From: Octopus vulgaris | Lineage: Eukaryota | Direction of reading: 5' to 3' | DNA: 64,000 nucleotides | Assembly: GCA_951406725.2 (NCBI GenBank) | Contig: OX597818.1 | Location: 104,842,001-104,906,000, forward strand | Shown here: positions 57,123 to 64,000 of the stretch, in pieces | How the letters are laid out: each line of letters starts with the position of its first letter | Position numbering within the stretch: the stretch's first letter is position 1 | Position numbers and translations under genes: made by a program | The notes under the pieces: model-generated | The model's database searches: none | The model's input: the letters and a program-made list of their open reading frames with translations, nothing else | Told to the model about the DNA's origin: nothing

Positions 57123-57561
57123 TGAAAAATAATATGCCCAAGATATATTAAAATACATTTCTATCTACATATCATTTTACGTAATAGATTGAATGCAAGA
57201 TATTGGAAAATGTTATTACAAAATATATATGCTCATAAATTTACAAAAGACATACATTTAGAGAAAAAATAGATTGAAACATAAGTATAGAAGCCAATTA
57301 TAAGTACAATACACCTCAGACTCAGTGCATTAAGATACTGAAAACTAGTTAAAATCACAATATGATAGAAATTAAATAACAAACAGCTTCTTTTCATGAG
57401 CGAATGAAAACTTTAGTAAAAATATAACCCAATATTCTTCTGGAAGCCTGTGAAATTTTGCTGCAAAATTGGTGTATCATACAGAAATATTAAAACGTGG
57501 CTCAATATAAAACATCAGTGAACAAGACTTGGGTATAATATCAGCTTCTACTATATAGTTG

Positions 57562-57955
57562 ATGAGCTGGCAGAGACGTTAGCACGCCGGGCGAAATGCG
57601 TAGCCGTATTTCGTCTGCCATTACGTTCTGAGTTCAAATTCCGCTGAGGTCGACTTTGCCTTTCATCCTTTCGGGGTCGATTAAATAAGTACCAGTTACG
57701 CACTGGGGTCGAGGTAATCGACTTAATCCGTTTGTCTGTCCTTGTTTGTCCTGTCTATGTTTAGCCCCTTGTGGGTAGTAAAGAAATAGGTATTTCGTTC
57801 GTCTTCACGTTCTAAGTTCAAATTTCGCCGAGGTCAACTTTGCATTTCTTCCTTACAGGGTTGATAAAATATGTACCAGTTACGCACTGAGGTCGATGTA
57901 ATCAACTTACCTTTCCCCCGAAATTGCTGGCCTTGTGCCTAAATTTGAAATCAAT
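57562..57955 (+). mobile_element. SINE-A array: TAGT-tail then C-tail unit
   Basis: Junction ..GTAGTAAAGAAATAGGTATTTCG (~57788). Confidence 0.9.
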
Positions 57956-58559
57956 ACATAATGATGGATATATCTGCTCACTCAAATAATTAAATTTGTC
58001 ACGTGACCAATGCGCTGTTACATAAAGTCATTATTACTAAAATATATTAAGAAAATCATACGACTTGTTGATTGAAACTGCATTCACCGAAAATGCGTGG
58101 GCAGAAAGAATATTGGCTGAAAACAAATTGATCGAAAGTCATATTCGTAGAATGACAAACTGGTCGAAAATATACATGCCAGCTTTAAATACCTAGAACG
58201 ACATATTCGTCGGCGAATAATCATATAAATTCATATATTCCTAGAAAAACATAAAAATACATCGAAACTTTTTTTATGGAAAGAACACATATTTTTCTTT
58301 GTAATGCTTGTTTTTATTTGTTTTCTGGTTATATAGCGTATATTTTTTATAGAAAGAAATTTTTCTTGAAATACATCAAAAATTAATCTCAAGTATTTTT
58401 TAAATGATATAGATTTAGATTATTTTCTTCACGTACTCGTGTTGTTACGTTTAGCGTCCCACACAATAAACATTCTCATATTCTATTTTATTTTGTGAAA
58501 ATAGTAATGAGACTGGTTTATAATTTAAACATAAACCAGTAATTTCTGGGTGGAATCGG

Positions 58560-58973
58560 TTACTCGATACTTGTCTGCTACTATAATTTATTGACACCGA
58601 GAGGATGAAAGACAAAGTTTACCTCGGTGAGATTTGAACTCACAACCTAAAGAATTGGAGGAAATACAGAAAGCCAGCTGTCTGACACTATAACGAATCC
58701 GTCAGGTCTCCAACCTTGGTAGTAACTATGCTTTCTAATATATATTTCTTTATTGCCCACAAGGGGTTAAACATAGAGGGGACAAACAAAGACAGACAAA
58801 GGGATTAAGTCGATTACATCGACCCCAGTGTGTAACTGGTACTTAATTTATCGAATCCCGGAAGGATGAAAGGCAAAGTGGACCTCGGCGGAATTTGAAC
58901 TCAGAATCTAACGGCAGACGAAAAACGGCAATGCATTTCGCCCGGCGTGCTAACGTTTCTGCCAGCTCGCCGC
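58560..58973 (-). mobile_element. Young CAAT-tail SINE-A (58744-58973) adjacent to an old copy
   Basis: Family core and tail CCCCTTGTGGGCAATAAAGAAATA on the minus strand. Confidence 0.85.
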
Positions 58974-59324
58974 GCATGACAACTTTTCTGGGTGGGCTAC
59001 GATCGACTGGAGTTCCTGGATCATTTTAATGGTACTTCTTCATCATTACCATCTTTTTTCCTGTTATCCTCGATGGATCGTAATGATGAGATTCTCTCAC
59101 AAAGCTGAAGAAACATTATTCAGTGCCGCAGACTATTTAGATCTTCACTGTATGAATTCATCATCACACCAGCAATGGTTCTTGTAATAATTGTCTTTAA
59201 CATAGTTACATGACCAGAAACAGTCAATAGATATTCGTACTTGACAGAGAATTACGTAATCGATCTTAATGTATACCCGACGTATCTTTTTGAAGAACAT
59301 TAACGATTTTGTGGTTTGGCTTTC

Positions 59325-59530
59325 TCTTTTTTCTCTTTTTACTTGTTTCAGTCATTTGAGTGAGGCCATGCTGGAGCACCACTTTTAGTCGAGCAAATCG
59401 ACCCCAGCACTTATTCTTTGGAAGCCTAGTACTTATTCTATCGGTCTCTTTTGCCGAACCGTTAAGTTACGGGGACGTAAACACACCACCATCGTTTGTC
59501 AAGCGATGTTCGGGGGACAAACATATACCC

Positions 59531-59610
<80 letters not shown>

Positions 59611-59772
59611 GACGGGCTTCTTTCAGTTTCCGTCTATCAAATCCACTCACAAGGCTTTGGCCAGCTTGAGGCTATAGTAGAAGACAGTTGCCCAAGGTGC
59701 CATGCAGTGGGAATGAACCCGGAACCATGTGGTTGGTAAGCAAGCTACTTACCACACAGCCACTCCTGCGCC
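59325..59772 (-). mobile_element. SINE-B with internal (TA)n
   Basis: Homologous to 18563-18996. Confidence 0.88.
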
Positions 59773-59879
59773 TGTTTATATCTTATGGATATTGCAAATC
59801 AATTCCTCTTATAGATTATATATAATCTAATAATTCTGGGAAATATATTACCAGTTTTCAAATTTTAGTACTAAAATAT

Positions 59880-60330
59880 AGTCACAAGCGATCTCCATCC
59901 ATCCATATTCTCCGCCTACTATTCCTTAGAGGGTCTTAGGAGTAGAGTCATCAGGCGCCCGCTCCAAAGAGTTCTATCAAAGGAAACTGTCATTAGAATT
60001 TCTGACAGGATTCCCAGACGCGACCGATTGAGACAATGGATTCTATCCAACCAAATCGTTCTTGGTCTATCCCAAAGTCTCCTGACGGTTGGCTCAGCTT
60101 GAAGAATCCACCTTGCGATACTTTCTTTTCCGTGACATTTTACTTACATCTCCGAAATACCGAATGTGTAACCGCTCGATGCGAAATAGCGACTTGACTT
60201 GGAGAGATTCCTTGATCTCCGATCTCCGATCTACGCACCTTGTCGAGTGGCGTTACTCCGGAAATCTTTCGGAAGAACCCTATTTCGGCCGCTTCTATTT
60301 ATGTGTGTTTTGAGCCTTGAGATTCTCAAG
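59880..60330 (-). mobile_element. RTE-clade LINE C-terminal fragment
   Basis: Minus FFRKISGVTPLDKVRRSEI..ESLQVKSLFRIER, resembling FLRKISGVTL.DKVRS.EIRE.L.VE.L..RIER. Confidence 0.7.
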
Positions 60331-60890
60331 ATTCAAACCTGAATATTTCTGGATGCTTATATCAGTTTACATAATACATAAAGCATACTTTCCGATATCT
60401 TCAAATTATTTGCATTATTTCAGAAAATATCTCTTAAAATCGACAATACTTTATGCTACAAACCAAACAGTAAAATATCTTCCCTTCATCAGAGGCAAAT
60501 ATTGAATATTAGAGTGAAGATGCAACCCAATATTCTTCAACCCTTGGCATTGAAGTCGCTTCCCTGACAGAAATATTAGAATATCTTTCGTTAAATATAG
60601 AACATACCATACTTGTCTCGCAGTTTCTACTATGTATTGCCCACACACACACACAAAGTCAAACACACACACTCACACGTCTGTGTGTAGGGTGGTGTAT
60701 GTATTTATGTTAAATATAAATTTGTCTAACTTTACATACATAAATATACAAAGAAAGAGAGAAGCGGACAGTAACAGTTTGATGAGTGCCATGCACGAAA
60801 TTCTAGTTCTTTGGGTCACTAAATGTAGCTTTACAACTCTATAATACAATTGTATGTATGCGTGTTTGCCTATATACGCCTATATACGCA

Positions 60891-60942
<52 letters not shown>

Positions 60943-61259
60943 CACACATACACATTACATATACTTATATGTATATAGGTAATGTTATATAAATTTTGAT
61001 GCCCTCTTTACTTAATCTTATTAGTTTCTCATATTTTGTTTTACAATTTGCAGTGTTTTTCTTTAGACTGGGTATATGCTGGCTCTGATGTAATTACGAT
61101 CTATAGAGCACTGTATATAGCCTTAGAAACATGTTTTATTGCTAACAAACTCTCGGTTTTGTAATAAAGTCAAACAACCAAGGTGATTAATGTAACTTAT
61201 TGTTGCATAATCTTACTTTATGGATTTTTGTGATTATATATACATATATATGTCTATAA

Positions 61260-61356
<97 letters not shown>

Positions 61357-61568
61357 TACAATTACATCCCGTCGTCGATAATAAATATCTGGAGAGAGAG
61401 AGAGAGAGAAAGAGAGAATTATATGGAAGGTGTAAGATACAAGTTATGAGGGAGAGACAGATAGAGAAAGAGAGAAAAAGTGAGGGAATTTATTTTAGCA
61501 AAAGCAATTTCAGAGAAGTATTACAAAGTAATATAATTCTAAATAAGTTTATATACACATAATCTTAT

Positions 61569-61603
<35 letters not shown>

Positions 61604-61650
61604 CGTATGCATACTCTTATTCACACACATGTAATATAATTCTAGATAAG

Positions 61651-61727
<77 letters not shown>

Positions 61728-61859
61728 CGAAGTAATAGAATCCTAAATAAGTTAAGATTGCATATACATATTTGTATACATATACATGTTTCATTATATG
61801 CATATATTATATATGTATATTTCTAATGTTATGCATATATGCACAAATACTATATATAT

Positions 61860-61950
<91 letters not shown>

Positions 61951-62329
61951 TATATATTATTTGATAAAGAAAAGGCATTTAAATGTTCTTATTTAGAATA
62001 ATATTACTTTGTAACATATATAAAGAACTCGGTAATAACAAGAATGTATATTTGGCAAAGCAATGAATAAAACTTTTGTTGAAATGTATAGTACTTAAGG
62101 AAATGAACCATATAATAATGAGATTAGAAAGATCTTAAAAATATAACGAAATATTTTTCCTGGAAAGCATCTTAGTGAAGAGCTCAATAAAAATAAAGAA
62201 AACATCTACATTTGATATATTTTCTTTCTTTATTTATAATGAAATATAATGAACTAAAACTAATTGACACCCGAAGTCAGAGTGACATGTATGCCTATAT
62301 ATATGTATATATGTTTGTGTGTGTGTTAC

Positions 62330-62610
62330 TGACACTCCGTCGGTTACGACGAAGGTTCCCGCCAGCTCGTGAAACTGACACACAAGTGGATGAGTGCTCT
62401 GCAGGCACGCGTACTCTTAGCGTAGTTCTCAGGGAGGTTCAATAAGACAAGGCTGGCTCTTTGAAAAACAGGCACTACGCATGTTTACCAGACGAGTGGA
62501 CTGCACCAACGTAAAATAATGTGTCTGGCTCAAAGAACAAAATGCATTGCCAAGGATCGAACACGCGATCTTACTATCGTGAACTGAGTATCCTAACCAT
62601 TAAGCCACGC
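62330..62610 (-). mobile_element. Diverged SINE (family C)
   Basis: Homologous to 31725-32043. Confidence 0.7.
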
Positions 62611-62627
62611 TCTTTCACTAAATACAC

Positions 62628-62665
<38 letters not shown>

Positions 62666-62672
62666 GTTTAAT

Positions 62673-63472
62673 ATTCTTTTCTACAATAGGCACAAGGCCC
62701 GAAATTTTGGTGAAGGGGTCCAGTCGATTAGATCGACCCCAGTACGCAACTAATACTTAATTTATCGACTCCGAAAGGATGAAAGGCAAAGTCGACCTCG
62801 GCGGAATTTGAGCTCAGAACACAAAGACAGTCGAAATACCCATTTCTTTACTACCCACAAGGGACTACACACGGAGAGGACAAACAAGGACAGACAAACG
62901 GATTAAGTCAATTATATCGAACCAATGCGTAACTGGTACTTAATTTATCGACCCGGAAAGAATGGAAAGCAAAGTCGACCTCGGCGGGATTTGAACTCAG
63001 AACGTAACGGCAGACGAAATACGGCTACGCATTTCGCCCGGCGTGCTAACGTTTCTTATTTCTTTATTGCCCACAACGGGCTAAACATACAGGGGACAAA
63101 CAAGGACAGACAAACGGATTAAGTCGATTATATCGACCCCAGTGCGTAACTGGTACTTAATTTATCGACCCCGAAAGGATTAAAAGCAAAGTCGACCTCG
63201 GCGGAATTTGAGCTCAGAACGCAAAGACAGCCGAAATACTTATTTCTTTACTACCCACAAGGGGCTAAACACAGAGAGGACAAACAATTTCAGACAAACG
63301 GATTAAGTCGATTATATCGACACCAGTGCGTAATTGGTACTTAATTTATCGACCCCGAAAGGATGAAAGGCAAAGTCGACCTCGGCGGAATTTGAACTCA
63401 GAACGTAACGGCAGACGAAATACCGCTGAGCATCTCGCCCGGCGCGCTAACGTTTCTGCCAGCTCGCCGCCT
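62673..63472 (-). mobile_element. Four-unit SINE-A array: TAGT, CAAT, TAGT, then C-tail
   Basis: Minus junctions GTAGTAAAGAAATAAGTATTTCG (~63240), GCAATAAAGAAATAAGAAACGTTAGC (~63056) and GTAGTAAAGAAATGGGTATTTCG (~62842). Confidence 0.9.
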
Positions 63473-64000
63473 TACGTAAGTTTTATATTGACTTCAATCT
63501 TTTCAGTATGAATCCACTTGGAACCAAATGATTATGCGTCATAAATTACACCAGATCTGTATAAATGTACCCATGGTTAAATAGTGTGCTAAGAACAGGT
63601 TTTCTTTCTGTGAGTGGTTTTGCGGAATACAATCTATGTATTCATCTGAAGCACTAGAAATTCCTCATACATAAAGATGATCTCATAAACAAACGCAACT
63701 AGTTACTAATTAGGTTGCCCACACAAAAATAATCGAACTTTCATTAAGATCACCTGAATATAGCATTTTTAAAGGATTGTATTTAACATATCTCTTTTCG
63801 TAACCACCCCTGTTTCATTTGCTGTCTCCGCAGCATAGCAATCATCAAATAATAATTGTTATTCGATCTCTAGTAACGCCTATCTATTAAAGTCTATCTG
63901 AAATTCTGTTTTTATGAATTTTGTTTTTAAATTTTATACCTACATTATGACTCGAGGCTTCTTAACTCTGTTTCACTAATGTAATTTGTGAGATGCTGGT

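Noticed and set aside
62673-63472. Regularly recurring repeats resembling a CRISPR array
   Set aside because: Units are whole SINE bodies with no unique spacers, no cas genes, eukaryotic context.

Overview
AT-rich, microsatellite-dense eukaryotic genomic DNA. The repeat families and (TA)n/(GATA)n/(TAA)n load suggest an octopus (coleoid cephalopod) intronic or intergenic region (inference). No intact host protein-coding gene is supported; almost all listed ORFs are microsatellite read-through. The window holds fragments of Tx1/L1-clade, R4/Dong, RTE and Penelope-like (PLE) retroelements, three tRNA-derived SINE families, mariner, hAT, Helitron and Helentron remnants, an LTR/PBS relic and several long palindromes. 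Highlights: (1) a SINE whose 3' tail matches the tail of a (GATA)n-associated Tx1 LINE, with two tail variants that each sit next to a different target motif (GTATTT vs AGAA), both present in the SINE itself, giving ordered SINE-in-SINE arrays; (2) two fully pairable type I hammerhead ribozymes and two minimal ones in PLE-like repeats; (3) two unrelated (TAA)n-targeted elements; (4) a roughly 1.2-kb near-perfect palindrome.
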